From NCBI GenBank assembly GCA_965223265.1, contig OZ244999.1, forward strand, positions 1,248,001-1,312,000: a DNA stretch of 64,000 bases. The letters are read 5' to 3'. Made by a program: the position numbers and the translations under genes. Within the stretch, counting starts at the first letter, position 1. Each line of letters begins with the position of its first letter. Shown here piece after piece: positions 1 to 10,082 of the stretch. Under the pieces are notes generated by a model, which ran no database searches, was not told the DNA's origin, and saw only the letters and a program-made list of their open reading frames with translations. The DNA is from Planctomycetota bacterium. GTDB lineage: Bacteria > Planctomycetota > UBA8108 > SXIK01.

Positions 1-2298
1 CCACTCAATCGCCTCGGTGAGTGTCGACGCCGTGAGCACAATGTCTTGCGAGCGTGGACTTTTTTCCGATTGATCTGCGCCCCGGCGTGAGGAATCGCTG
101 ACGCGCGTCCATGCCTTGCCGTCGAGCGAGACCTCGATGCGGTACTGCTGAGGCGACCGATCTTCGTACTTACCTTCGCGGTCGCGACCCCAAACGACGC
201 GGTTGATCTCCGTCGGAACTGCAAGCTCGATCTGAGCCCAACCACCGCCGACCTCGTTGCTGATCCAGCTGTGCGAGTTACCGTATAGGCCGTCGTTGAG
301 ATGCGCGATCTGATGGAGGTCGCAACTCGGCAACAGCAGTGACGAGGCGTCTGCCTTCGCTCCGAACGCCGCGAGCGCTATGTTCGTGTCGCTTCCCGGT
401 GCGTACACCTCCAGTTCGTCAAGGCAGGGCTCGTCGTCCGACTGCCCGACGGTGAAGCGCACAAATTGGGCCTTCACTGCGGGAAAGAAGTCGTCATTGC
501 GGCGCGAATTGACCGGCGGCAAGCGGACGAAACCGGGAAAGTAGATGGCGTCGAGAGCGCTACTGCCGGCGAGCAAGCGCGGATGATTGATCATGGTCAG
601 CATTTGCGCGACGCCGTGGGTGAAGTCGGTGGCGTCCTCCTCGTTGGTGCTGAACCTTCGCCGAAACTCCAGGTAGGGATCGGCCACCGCGGCGGACATT
701 CCCACCGTGACATGTTCCACACTGGTTCGCAGGTCGAGATTCGGATCGCCGTATGCCAGCCTCAACGAGTCGTAGAGCATGTCCGCTGTCATGACGCGGA
801 GCGGCATCCGGCCAAACCCCGCCGTCAAAGCGTCTCGCGCCTGCTCATCTGTCCCCGGCTCCATCCAGCTCGTTCGCTGATACGCCTCTGAATTGCACAC
901 GCTTCGGAAGAGATGTTTGACGTCATAGCCGGAGGCGATGAACTCGCCGGTCAACAATTGAAGCAGTCCCGGATGCGATGGCGGGTTCAGCTCGCGAAGG
1001 TCGTCAATTGGATTGACGATTCCTCGAGAGAAGAGGTAGAACCAAACGCGGTTGGCGAACGAGCGCGCGAAATATGGGTTCTCCTTGGCCGTGAGCCAAT
1101 CGACGAACGACCCCCGGAGGTCGTCTTGGTCACTGACGTCAAACCTTTCCCCTCGTGGGAAGGCGGCAGGTACCGTAGTCCCGGCGTTCTTGAAAGCGGA
1201 ATCGGGAATGTTGATTTCTCCGGGCTTCTTGCTGGGTCCCTTGCCGGTTTCGATCTTGCTGAAATCGCCTGCCGCACGGCCGAAGAAGGCGGCCAGCGCC
1301 CAATGGTCTCGCTGCGACCAGTCGCGGTAGGGATCGTCGTGGCACCGTGCACATTGCAGCTGCACGCCCATGAACAGCGAGGCTGCGGCTCGTGCTGATC
1401 CATCCGCAGTCGTTTTGGAGTCTTGGCCGACGAGCCCAAAGAAAATCAACTGAGGCTTGTTCTTGGTCTCACCGTGCGCGGTGAGAATGTCCCGCGTGAT
1501 TCTGCCCCACGGCTGGTCGGCAGTGATCTTCGCGCCGATCCATTTGCCGAAGTCTCTGGCCTGCTGATGCGGCTGTTCTCCAGCGTTTCCCGTCGACGGC
1601 AACTCCGGCGGGCAGATCCAATCGCGCCAGGTTCGGCCAAACTGATCACCGAACGCAGGCATGGCGAGGAGCGAATCGATCAGCTGCGCGCGCTTGTCCG
1701 CGTCGCTCTTGTCGAGAAACTCTGCGGCTTGTCTCGCCGTTGGGACACGTCCTGTCAAATCGAGATAGACGCGGCGCAGAAATTCAGCGTCGCCGCTGCG
1801 CGGTGTCGGCTTCTGGTTTGCCGCAGCCAAGAAGCGGTCGACGTGCTGATCGATCGCCGCTGCGACTTCCTGCGGCATGTGCTTTTCGCCAACCGGCAGC
1901 AAAGGGTCGACGTTTTGATGCTTCTCAGAAACGGTTGGAAGTCCGGCATCGATCCAGGCTTTGATGGTCGCCTTGGCTTCAGTCGAGAGCTTCTCGCGGT
2001 CATCCCCCCAGGGCATCTCGTCGTTGGCAATACGCTTCCAAAGCTCGCTCCTCTCTGCATTGCCAGGCTGGAGGGCGGAGCCAGATTCACCACCAGCGAG
2101 CATGGCTGGGAGGGTGCGCAAATCGAGTCCGGCCTCTTGGTGCAGTCCACCATGACAGCCCATGCAATGCTTCGTGAGGATTGGCAGCACGTCGCGCTCG
2201 AGAAGCGGTTCCTTGGTGAACGCGGCCCGGGGAGCCACGAGCGCACAGAGAACCGTCATCACTTTGGCGGCGATGCCCGCGAGACGGAAGGCGTACAT
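1..2298 (-). CDS. Planctomycete cytochrome c (PSCyt1) + DUF1549 + F5/8-type C-like domain protein, runs off the left edge (DUF1553 probably beyond window)
   Basis: Absent from the ORF track because there is no stop in the window. Manual translation from ATG 2298: MYAFRLAGIAAKVMTVLCALVAPRAAFTKEPLLERDVLPILTKHCMGCH (CxxCH); later LDLTGRVP and GCSCNVH-like DUF1549 region, and HLNDGLYGNSHSWIS...VVWGRDREG (discoidin-like). Confidence 0.8.
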   Translation of the reverse strand, partial: MYAFRLAGIAAKVMTVLCALVAPRAAFTKEPLLERDVLPILTKHCMGCHGGLHQEAGLDLRTLPAMLAGGESGSALQPGNAERSELWKRIANDEMPWGDDREKLSTEAKATIKAWIDAGLPTVSEKHQNVDPLLPVGEKHMPQEVAAAIDQHVDRFLAAANQKPTPRSGDAEFLRRVYLDLTGRVPTARQAAEFLDKSDADKRAQLIDSLLAMPAFGDQFGRTWRDWICPPELPSTGNAGEQPHQQARDFGKWIGAKITADQPWGRITRDILTAHGETKNKPQLIFFGLVGQDSKTTADGSARAAASLFMGVQLQCARCHDDPYRDWSQRDHWALAAFFGRAAGDFSKIETGKGPSKKPGEINIPDSAFKNAGTTVPAAFPRGERFDVSDQDDLRGSFVDWLTAKENPYFARSFANRVWFYLFSRGIVNPIDDLRELNPPSHPGLLQLLTGEFIASGYDVKHLFRSVCNSEAYQRTSWMEPGTDEQARDALTAGFGRMPLRVMTADMLYDSLRLAYGDPNLDLRTSVEHVTVGMSAAVADPYLEFRRRFSTNEEDATDFTHGVAQMLTMINHPRLLAGSSALDAIYFPGFVRLPPVNSRRNDDFFPAVKAQFVRFTVGQSDDEPCLDELEVYAPGSDTNIALAAFGAKADASSLLLPSCDLHQIAHLNDGLYGNSHSWISNEVGGGWAQIELAVPTEINRVVWGRDREGKYEDRSPQQYRIEVSLDGKAWTRVSDSSRRGADQSEKSPRSQDIVLTASTLTEAIEW

Positions 2299-2592
2299 TG
2301 GCAGATGTCGCACGCTCCGGAAGACAACAGATCGCACCAGCTGGCACCAGGTGACGAGCAGAGGAACTCACGCCACGAACAACAGTACCATGATGACCGA
2401 TTTCTGCTGGCACAGCAATGTTGTTGCGTGCGTGGTAGTTGCGACCCCCCAATCGTTCGACTCCGTACTTTTTAGGCCAAGGAGCGTGGGGGGCGCGATG
2501 ACAGAACTCCGTGAACTGAAGTGATGGAGACTGAACGAAGCTGCGCGACTACGATTACGCGCCTGGATTCGCGATCGGTCGTTGCGAGCCTT

Positions 2593-4152
2593 CTACTCTG
2601 GCAGGTACTCGAAGCGTCGACCCAATCGAATCATCGTCTGCACGAGGTCGGACTTGGCGTTCTCGCGGGCCCGATCGAACCCGTGAATCTCCGGGTGTTC
2701 GTCGGCTTTGAGAACGACGACGCCGGTCTGGCCATCGGCGAGCCTCGTCGACATGGTGATCGCGCGTATTCCCCCCTGACCCACATAGGGCTCCCCGGCA
2801 GGAACGACTTCGTAGTCTCCCTCTTCCAACGCTTGCTCCATGAGTAACTCGACGAGGAGGTTTTTGTGGGTCTCCGTCGCCTTGTAGTTGGCTTGAAAGA
2901 TGCCCCATGCGCGCACGAGTTCCGCTTCGAGCTCGATCGAAGTCTCGTCCGTGAAGAGGGTCTCGTGCGCTAGTTCGAGGAAAGCGTCGAGTTTCATCTC
3001 CCCGAGCATGTCCGCATCGTACTGTGCGAGCTTGGCGAGCTCAGGCGGAACCGGCGCGTCTGCTGGCTCCTCGGCCGCGGTCGGGTCGTCCGGTGACTCA
3101 ACCGGAGCCGGCTGTGCCCGCAGCTGCCGCAAGGTGTCTTCAAGTGCTCGATTTCGAGAGACCATCTCGTCGCGCTCTCTTCCGAGCCCAGCGTTCTCTT
3201 CGTTCAGCTCTTCGATGACGGCGCGGAGTTGTGTGGAAAGCTCGTCGAGCTTGTGTCGTTCGATGAGATCGTACTCTTGCATGGCACGATCTTCGTCCAT
3301 CGTGGGCGTCGTGAGCTTGACAACCGAGCCTGTCCCCACGATCAACAGAGCAGCCGCACTCGCTGTGACAAGAGCTTTTTTCGCCATGATCGTCCCTCCT
3401 ATGGACGCGGCTGTAGAGGCCACGGAAACGGAAGCTGTCTGCGACGCAGCGGTGATGGCTGGTGACGCTACTGCGCTCGAGGAGCCTTCAGCGGCCAGCA
3501 TTGACTTGGACGCTGGCATGGCGAGCGTCGTGAGAACCAGAGCGAGTGTGCGGCCACGCGTCTTCCATTCGCGCGTCGACGGGACGAGCTCCCTGATCTG
3601 CTCCTCGAACTCACGCCACAGTCGTTCGCGCAGGAGGTCCCGTGCACGCTTTAGGCGCGCCTTCACGGCAGGTACGGACAGCGCGAGGGTCCTTGCGACC
3701 TGCCTGACGGATTCTCCCTCAAAGTAGTACAAGAGAACGGTCTCGCGCAGCGACTGCGGTAGCCGTTGAATCTGGTCGGCCACGTGCGCCGTCAGCTCCT
3801 TGAGCGTTTCAGATTCCGTACTAGGCGCATAGAGCGTGTTCAGGTCGTCTGTCGGGTGGAGGTTGTTCTCTTTGGCGGCGCGGTACTGTTTGCGACAGAC
3901 GTTTCTGACGATTTGGAGAAACCACGACTCGAACGCCGCCGGCGCTCTCAGCTTGGGCAGGCTGCCGAGAGCCTTCAGAAACGCTTCTTGCACAACGTCA
4001 TCCACTGAGTCCGCGGCAATGCCGAACGCCCAAGCGATGGCGTAAGCCTTGCGCTGGTAGCGAAGCACGAGCGTTTCGAACGCGCCTGGCTTATCCGCGA
4101 TCGCGCCGCGGACAAGCAAGCTGTCTGGGAGACAGGATCTTGGGGATGTCAT
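2593..4152 (-). CDS. ECF RNA polymerase sigma factor with C-terminal TM + coiled-coil extension
   Basis: Sigma2 (DDVVQEAFLKAL, FESWFLQIVRNVCR) and sigma4 (LYYFEGESVRQVARTL...VKARLKRARDLLR) motifs; hydrophobic segment then coiled coil. Start moved to ATG 4152. Confidence 0.9.
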   Translation of the reverse strand: MTSPRSCLPDSLLVRGAIADKPGAFETLVLRYQRKAYAIAWAFGIAADSVDDVVQEAFLKALGSLPKLRAPAAFESWFLQIVRNVCRKQYRAAKENNLHPTDDLNTLYAPSTESETLKELTAHVADQIQRLPQSLRETVLLYYFEGESVRQVARTLALSVPAVKARLKRARDLLRERLWREFEEQIRELVPSTREWKTRGRTLALVLTTLAMPASKSMLAAEGSSSAVASPAITAASQTASVSVASTAASIGGTIMAKKALVTASAAALLIVGTGSVVKLTTPTMDEDRAMQEYDLIERHKLDELSTQLRAVIEELNEENAGLGRERDEMVSRNRALEDTLRQLRAQPAPVESPDDPTAAEEPADAPVPPELAKLAQYDADMLGEMKLDAFLELAHETLFTDETSIELEAELVRAWGIFQANYKATETHKNLLVELLMEQALEEGDYEVVPAGEPYVGQGGIRAITMSTRLADGQTGVVVLKADEHPEIHGFDRARENAKSDLVQTMIRLGRRFEYLPE

Positions 4153-4159
4153 TGCATCT

Positions 4160-4200
4160 TTCCAAGATCTTGTTTGGGCGGTTTGGTTACGAGAAAAATT
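4160..4200 (-). promoter_or_regulatory. Possible ECF-type (autoregulatory) promoter
   Basis: Minus strand reads ttttctcGTAACCaaaccgcccaaacaagatct directly upstream of the ECF start; the AAC-containing -35 is typical of ECF promoters. Confidence 0.35.
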
Positions 4201-4371
4201 CGAAATCTTTGAGATCGCCGACCAGAGTCTAACCTGCGCGAGTTGTGGCGAGTATGAGCCGAGGCGCACACGAGTGACGATGGATCGGCGATCTCAAGGA
4301 CTGAGGATGATGGAAACTTAGGGCATGACAGACTCGAACGCGCCCGACGAGTCGCTTAAGATGCCAAGCCT

Positions 4372-6087
4372 ATGAGCACCCCGACCTCGACGAAAAAGTC
4401 AGCCCGATTTTGCGGCAGACTGACGCTCCTTGTTTTTCTTGCTTTCGGCGCAGCCGTCTCCGCTGTTGAGTTTGTGGGCACTGTGGTTGACGCTAGCACA
4501 AACCGGGTGATTCCAGCCCGCGTCTATGTCAAAGGAGCAGGCGACCGTTGGCTCTTTGTCGAGTCGGTTGCCGCCGACGGCTCCGCCTTGACCTACCGTG
4601 AAGAGTGGGCGCCGATGGAAGACTCGGTCGAAAAGCACACGACCGTGTCTGCTCACCCCTTTCGCATCGACCTTGAACCCGGCGAGTACGAGATCACGAT
4701 CGAGCGTGGCAAGGAGTATTTGCCTTTGAGCGAAAAGGTCGTCGTGGAAGATCGAGCGATTCGAAGGACCTTTCGACTCGTCAGGTGGATCAATATGGCC
4801 GCGCGCGGCTGGTATTCCGGCGAGACGCACGTACACCGCCGCATTGAGGAGCTACCGAACGTCATGCTCGCCGAGGATCTGAACGTTGCGTTCCCGGTGA
4901 CGTTTTGGACGATTAACGCCTACGAGGCCCCTGGGCTCGAGCCGTCGCCGCTCCGGCGTCAGGGACCGTCGCCGTTCGGGGCTCGGAAGGACCTTGGAGC
5001 GCAGATGATTGCGGTCGACCGCACGCACGTCATCTTTCCGCGCAACACCGAGTACGAGGTTTTTAGCGTCGACGGCAAGTCACATACCCTGGGCGCGCTC
5101 TTCATCCTCAATCACAAGACAGTCTTTCAGCGTGGGATGCCGCCGGTCGCGGAGATCGCCCGACAGGCGCACCACGAGGGAGCGTTGCTCGACCTCGACA
5201 AACACAATTGGCCGTGGTCGATGATGCTCGTGCCGATCGCCAAAGTTGACCTCTACGAACTGGCAAACAACCACGTCTGGCGCACCAGGTTTGGCTTCAG
5301 GCGTTCGTCGACAAAACCGCCGGAGTACATGAAGCTGGAGAGCGATGAGGATGGCTTGACCGAGTGGGGCTGGCTCGAATTCGGATTCCAGAATTACTAT
5401 GCGCTGCTCAATTGTGGATTCCGCCTGCAGCCAACGGCCGGCACCGCGTCCGGCGTCCACCCCGTGCCTCTCGGCTTCGGCCGCGTCTACGTCCAGCTCG
5501 ACGGTTCATTCGACGGCGAGCGTTGGATCGACGGGTTGAGGCGTGGCCGGAGCTTTGTTACGACCGGGCCGATGCTCTTCGCCACGCTTGACGGTCAACA
5601 TCCTGGGCACACGTTCAGCGAGGCCAAGCCACGCGAGGAGCCGTACCTCCTCCGCATAGAATCGGTCAGCCGGCGTCCGCTCGACAGGATCGAGGTGATC
5701 GTCGATGGCCAAGTCGATCAGACGCTGCGACCTGATGCCGGTGAGACTGCACGGCGGACGTCGTCGGGCGCCTATGAGGTGGTGCGCGAGGTCACCCTTA
5801 CGATCAAAGAATCATCCTGGGTCGCGGTGCGCAGTTTCCATGACGAAGGCCCGGAACACCTTCGCTTCGCACACACTGCGCCGTGGCACATAGAGATCGG
5901 GGACCAGCCGGTACGGCCACGAAAGCCTGAGGTCGACTTCCTCATTCGACGCTTGCGTGACGAGATCGAGCGCAACAAAGATGTCCTACCCGAAGCCGCC
6001 ATGGCTGAGTTTGAGTCAGCTTTGAGAATCTATGAGCAGCTTCGCAGTCGCATCGACGATGAGCCGCATCCTCCCGGTCGCGGATGA
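4372..6087 (+). CDS. CehA/McbA-family metallohydrolase, exported
   Basis: Signal peptide; GWYSGETHVH, YYALLNCGFRLQPTAGTASGVHPVPLGFGRVYV and GRSFVTTGPML motifs. Confidence 0.8.
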   Translation: MSTPTSTKKSARFCGRLTLLVFLAFGAAVSAVEFVGTVVDASTNRVIPARVYVKGAGDRWLFVESVAADGSALTYREEWAPMEDSVEKHTTVSAHPFRIDLEPGEYEITIERGKEYLPLSEKVVVEDRAIRRTFRLVRWINMAARGWYSGETHVHRRIEELPNVMLAEDLNVAFPVTFWTINAYEAPGLEPSPLRRQGPSPFGARKDLGAQMIAVDRTHVIFPRNTEYEVFSVDGKSHTLGALFILNHKTVFQRGMPPVAEIARQAHHEGALLDLDKHNWPWSMMLVPIAKVDLYELANNHVWRTRFGFRRSSTKPPEYMKLESDEDGLTEWGWLEFGFQNYYALLNCGFRLQPTAGTASGVHPVPLGFGRVYVQLDGSFDGERWIDGLRRGRSFVTTGPMLFATLDGQHPGHTFSEAKPREEPYLLRIESVSRRPLDRIEVIVDGQVDQTLRPDAGETARRTSSGAYEVVREVTLTIKESSWVAVRSFHDEGPEHLRFAHTAPWHIEIGDQPVRPRKPEVDFLIRRLRDEIERNKDVLPEAAMAEFESALRIYEQLRSRIDDEPHPPGRG

Positions 6088-6441
6088 TCAAGAGGATTTG
6101 GGAACGATCCAACGTACTCAGCTACGACTTCGGGATCCGACACGCAAACCGCGGGCCGCGACGGTAGGGACATATCGCTACTCCTTCGAAACCCGTCGTG
6201 TCCAAGAGACGAAGCGATCAAGTCCCCGCGTTGTTTTCGCTCGTCCGGCGCGGAGGTCATCGACTACCATCGAACTATCAGACCGGACTCGACATCGTGC
6301 GCGTCGCAGAGGGCTGGGCAAGGAAGCTTTCTTGCTTTGACCGCCATGAAATACCACTGACGTTAACGTTAAGCGAGAAACCGCTGTTCTTGATACAGCG
6401 GCGGGTGACGAATCCATCAAGAGGCGGAGATCATCGCGGTT

Positions 6442-7602
6442 ATGAAGAAACTCATCCTTATCGCATTGATTTTGAACGTCGTGATTCTGGCGGGTCATTT
6501 TTGGCGGCAGTCGTCGGTTGCGGAGCAGACTCAGTTCGCGGTCGAAAACGGCGATGTGAATGGGGATCTGGCCATCGACATCAGCGATCCGGTTTACTTG
6601 CTGCTCTATCTCTTCAAAGAGGGCAACCCGCCGGTAGCGATCGCGCAGGAGAATCCCGAGCTGGAATCTCGAGTGGCCGCGCTGGAGGCGGTGCACAGCG
6701 TCCAGGAGCCACCGTCTCCGGATCCTGCGGTGTCCTTAGACCGCAGGATGTTTTTACGCGTCGATCAGATCGACGGTGGAAGCGAAGTTGAGGGGCGCGA
6801 AGGTTGGATCGACGTGGTGGCGCTCGACGAATCTGTCACCCTTGGAGCTGGTGGCGTGCTCCGTCTTCTTGTCGCCGTCGACCAGGCCGCACCGCTCCTT
6901 GTCGGCAGAGCCTACAGCGCTTCGCCGATCTCTGACGTGTCCCTCACGATGGAGCGCCTCATCCCGGGCGGAGCATCGACCGAGGTGTTCTACTCCATCA
7001 AGCTTGACTCGGCGACGGTCCAGAGTTACCGCGTTCTCGCAAGTGGTCTTCATGCCGAAGTGGCCTTCTGCTACGACCGCGCTGAGCATGAGTGGCTCGC
7101 CGGTGGACAGGTCCTCGCCCGTATTGGTGCGTGCTCAAGTGGGGTCGATTCGCTTGGAACCTCTTCCACCCCGCTCGCACGCGATCCAGAAGTTCCTGCA
7201 GACCGCAGAATCTTTCTTAACCTCGACGGAATTAGCGGTGGTAGCGAGGCTCCTCGGCGGAGCGGTTGGATTGACGTCCTAGCGGTCGACGAGAGAGTCA
7301 CCGAAAGCGCCGCTGGTGAGCTGCGTCTCCTGGTTGCTTTTGACCAATCGGCCCCGGTTCTCATCGATAACGCGTTCGACGGTTCAATTCTTGAACGTGT
7401 TCGCGTTGAGATGGAGCGTCTGAATCCCGATGAAGGATCGAGGGAAACCTACTATTCGATCGAGCTCGCCGCCGCGACTGTGAAACGCTACCGCATTCTA
7501 CGCAGCGGCCTTCACGCCGAAGTCGTTTTTTGCTATGGCAGCATCGATCACACTTGGCATTCCGGTGGCCAGATCCGAACGGCCGTCGGTGCGTGCGAAT
7601 AG
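6442..7602 (+). CDS. Exported protein: dockerin repeat + two tandem Hcp (T6SS tube)-like domains
   Basis: N-terminal signal/TM; NGDVNGDLAIDISDPVYLLLYLF (dockerin EF-hand); two repeats MFLRVDQIDGGSEVEGREGWIDVV..VDQAAPLL..FYSIKLDSATVQSY..EVAFCY and IFLNLDGISGGSE..GWIDVL..FDQSAPVL..YYSIELAAATVKRY..EVVFCY matching the Hcp pattern. Confidence 0.75.
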   Translation: MKKLILIALILNVVILAGHFWRQSSVAEQTQFAVENGDVNGDLAIDISDPVYLLLYLFKEGNPPVAIAQENPELESRVAALEAVHSVQEPPSPDPAVSLDRRMFLRVDQIDGGSEVEGREGWIDVVALDESVTLGAGGVLRLLVAVDQAAPLLVGRAYSASPISDVSLTMERLIPGGASTEVFYSIKLDSATVQSYRVLASGLHAEVAFCYDRAEHEWLAGGQVLARIGACSSGVDSLGTSSTPLARDPEVPADRRIFLNLDGISGGSEAPRRSGWIDVLAVDERVTESAAGELRLLVAFDQSAPVLIDNAFDGSILERVRVEMERLNPDEGSRETYYSIELAAATVKRYRILRSGLHAEVVFCYGSIDHTWHSGGQIRTAVGACE

Positions 7603-7633
7603 CCTCACACACGCCCATATCTGAAGGATCTCC

Positions 7634-9985
7634 ATGAAGCGTTTCTTTTCGTGCCGAGGGGTCTTAATTACCCTCTGCGTCGTCTCTGTCGGCGAGATCG
7701 CTGCTGACGAGGCCGAGCGGTTGACGGAGGTTGCCGCCCAGAACGTCCCGTCGTACGTCGTTCATCGAGTCAAGTCGAGAATCGTCATTGACGGAAGAAT
7801 CGACGAGGAAGACTGGCGACACGCCAAGAGCGTCGGCAACTTTGTGTTCGGGTACTTGAAGAAGGAAACGGGCGATGAGGAACAGACTGTCTTCAAAATA
7901 CTTTGGGACGATACCCAGCTCTATTTCGCAGTGATTTGCGAAGACCGTTCCCTCTTGAGTCGACACACCGATCGTGACGGCCGCATTCCAGAAGATGACA
8001 GTGTGGAAGTCTACATCACACCGAATCCAGAGAAAGCGCATCGTCACTACGCTTTCTATGCGAACGTTCTCGCAGCTCTATACGACGAGAAATTCGCGGC
8101 AGACGGAACCCGAATTCAGAAGGAGGTGTCCGGCAAGATTGAGGGTAGAAAATCATCCTGGGACTCGAAGGGCGTACTCGTCGCGACGAGGTTCGTCGGT
8201 ACGCTGAACAATCACGAGGACACGGATCGTTTCTGGTCCATGGAAATGGCGATTCCGTTCGAGAACTTCGCTGATTCTTTGGCGCGTTTGCCACCGCGGC
8301 CGAACGACGTCTGGAGACTCAACCCGAATCGCCACGCCTACATGCCGGACAAAAGCTGTCTCTACAGTCAGTGGGCGCCCACCATCGCGACCACTGGCTC
8401 GTTTTGGGGTCCCGAGTTGTTCGGCAAGGTGGTCTTCACAGACAGATCAGTTTCCGAGGCGAAGAGGTCGCTGTTGTTTGTTGACTGGCACCACGTCGAA
8501 ACTGGCCGTCTGAAGCCGACCTACGACCCCGAACGCTTGTCGGCGGCAGGCAGAGAGCAACTCGAGAACACGAAGAAGGTTTGGAACATCATTCCAGACT
8601 ACTCCGGTCACGGAATGAAGCGCGTCAAGCTGGCGTACGGAGTGCGCATCCGATGCGAAAAGGCGAGCAAGAGTGAGCCGTGGCTCGAGGCCGATCAACC
8701 CTGGGAGCAGCGCATCGGTGGCTATGTGACCGTGATTCAGGAGGACGGCAAGTACCGCTGCTGGTACGCCGCGACGCTGACAAAAGTGGCGAGAGAACAG
8801 CTGACCGGCCCTGATCTCGACCAAGACCCGCCAGAGACGTTTTTGGCGTACGCCGAAAGTGTCGATAGCGTTCGGTGGGTGAAGCCGGCCATGGGAATCT
8901 ACCATGTCCAAGGCAAACCGACCAATCTACTCACGTTCCATGCGCGTGAGACAGCCATTTTCCGGGATGACTCTGCACCACCCGAGGAGCGTTACAAGTG
9001 CTTCAAGTTTGGTCGACTGCCGGACACCGAGGGCGAGCATCCACGTTACGCACATGGTCTCTACGGTTCCGTGTCGCCGGATGGGTACCACTGGACACCC
9101 CTTCCTGATCCGCTTCTCACCTACTTTCACGACACACAGAACGTCGGCGCTTGGGATCCAGTCCTCAGAAAGTACGTTGGCTACTTCCGTGGCCATCACA
9201 ATGGCCGCGCCATTGGACGCAGCGAAACCGACGACTTTCGCAAGTGGCCGCCGGCGCGTGTCTTTTTCGCTCCGGGGCCGGAGGATTCTCCCTTCGATGA
9301 TTACTACACCAATGGATTCACTTTCTATCCCGGCGATCCCACGGTGCGTCTTCTCTTTCCCGCGATCTACCATCATGACACCGACCAGCTCGATATCCGT
9401 TTGGCGGTCAGTCGAGACAACTACGCCTGGAACTGGGTCTCCCATGAACCGATCATCGACATCGGGAACCCCGGCGAGTGGGACTGCGGCAGTCTTTACG
9501 CCGGCCCCAACCTTGTGCGACTGCCGGACGGCCGACTGGCGCTGCCGATTTCCGGAGCCCAGCAGACGCACAACGAGAGCTTCGATGTCTACGAAGACAT
9601 GCAGGGCAGAGAGTTTCAAACTGCTTGGGCGATGTGGGAAGACGGTCGTCTGGCGGGAATCGAAGCATCCGAGCGCGGAGAGTTCTGGGTACCTTTAGAG
9701 GTCTTCGATGGGGACCGACTGACCATCAACGCGCGCACGAGTCGAGTTGGAAAAGTTGAGGTTGCCCTCCACGCGCCGTACGGTCGACGCACGACTCAAC
9801 CGATTCCAGGGTACACGTTCGCGGAGTGCGTCGCTTTCAACGGCGACGCAACGGCGGCTCCACTCGAGTGGAAAGGCGGCAATCTGGCGGAGCTGCGCGG
9901 CAAGAAACTCTTTTTACACTTTCGTCTGAGCAGCGCGAAGGTGTTTGGAGTGCGTGTCGACTCCACGGAGGTTCTCGATCGTTGA
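7634..9985 (+). CDS. Exported CBM9-like domain fused to a GH32/GH43-like five-bladed beta-propeller
   Basis: IVIDGRIDEEDW, LWDDTQLYFA, DDSVEVYI, WSMEMAIPF (CBM9-like); YAESVDSVRWVKP, SPDGYHW, HDTQNVGAWDP (propeller hydrolase). Confidence 0.7.
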   Translation: MKRFFSCRGVLITLCVVSVGEIAADEAERLTEVAAQNVPSYVVHRVKSRIVIDGRIDEEDWRHAKSVGNFVFGYLKKETGDEEQTVFKILWDDTQLYFAVICEDRSLLSRHTDRDGRIPEDDSVEVYITPNPEKAHRHYAFYANVLAALYDEKFAADGTRIQKEVSGKIEGRKSSWDSKGVLVATRFVGTLNNHEDTDRFWSMEMAIPFENFADSLARLPPRPNDVWRLNPNRHAYMPDKSCLYSQWAPTIATTGSFWGPELFGKVVFTDRSVSEAKRSLLFVDWHHVETGRLKPTYDPERLSAAGREQLENTKKVWNIIPDYSGHGMKRVKLAYGVRIRCEKASKSEPWLEADQPWEQRIGGYVTVIQEDGKYRCWYAATLTKVAREQLTGPDLDQDPPETFLAYAESVDSVRWVKPAMGIYHVQGKPTNLLTFHARETAIFRDDSAPPEERYKCFKFGRLPDTEGEHPRYAHGLYGSVSPDGYHWTPLPDPLLTYFHDTQNVGAWDPVLRKYVGYFRGHHNGRAIGRSETDDFRKWPPARVFFAPGPEDSPFDDYYTNGFTFYPGDPTVRLLFPAIYHHDTDQLDIRLAVSRDNYAWNWVSHEPIIDIGNPGEWDCGSLYAGPNLVRLPDGRLALPISGAQQTHNESFDVYEDMQGREFQTAWAMWEDGRLAGIEASERGEFWVPLEVFDGDRLTINARTSRVGKVEVALHAPYGRRTTQPIPGYTFAECVAFNGDATAAPLEWKGGNLAELRGKKLFLHFRLSSAKVFGVRVDSTEVLDR

Positions 9986-10082
9986 AGTTTCGATCGACTT
10001 TGCTCGTACGGATGCGTCAGCCGGTAACTGCGGTCTGCGCGGAAGCGGGCATCGCTTTCTGCAGAATACATAGGTCACGGTC

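Noticed and set aside
466-2475. Plus-strand ORFs 466-891, 913-1398 and 1423-2475
   Set aside because: Antisense shadows of the minus-strand cytochrome c/DUF1549 gene.
6442-7602. A T6SS gene cluster
   Set aside because: No tssB/tssC, vgrG, clpV or baseplate genes in the window; the hcp at 39118 is the unrelated hybrid cluster protein.
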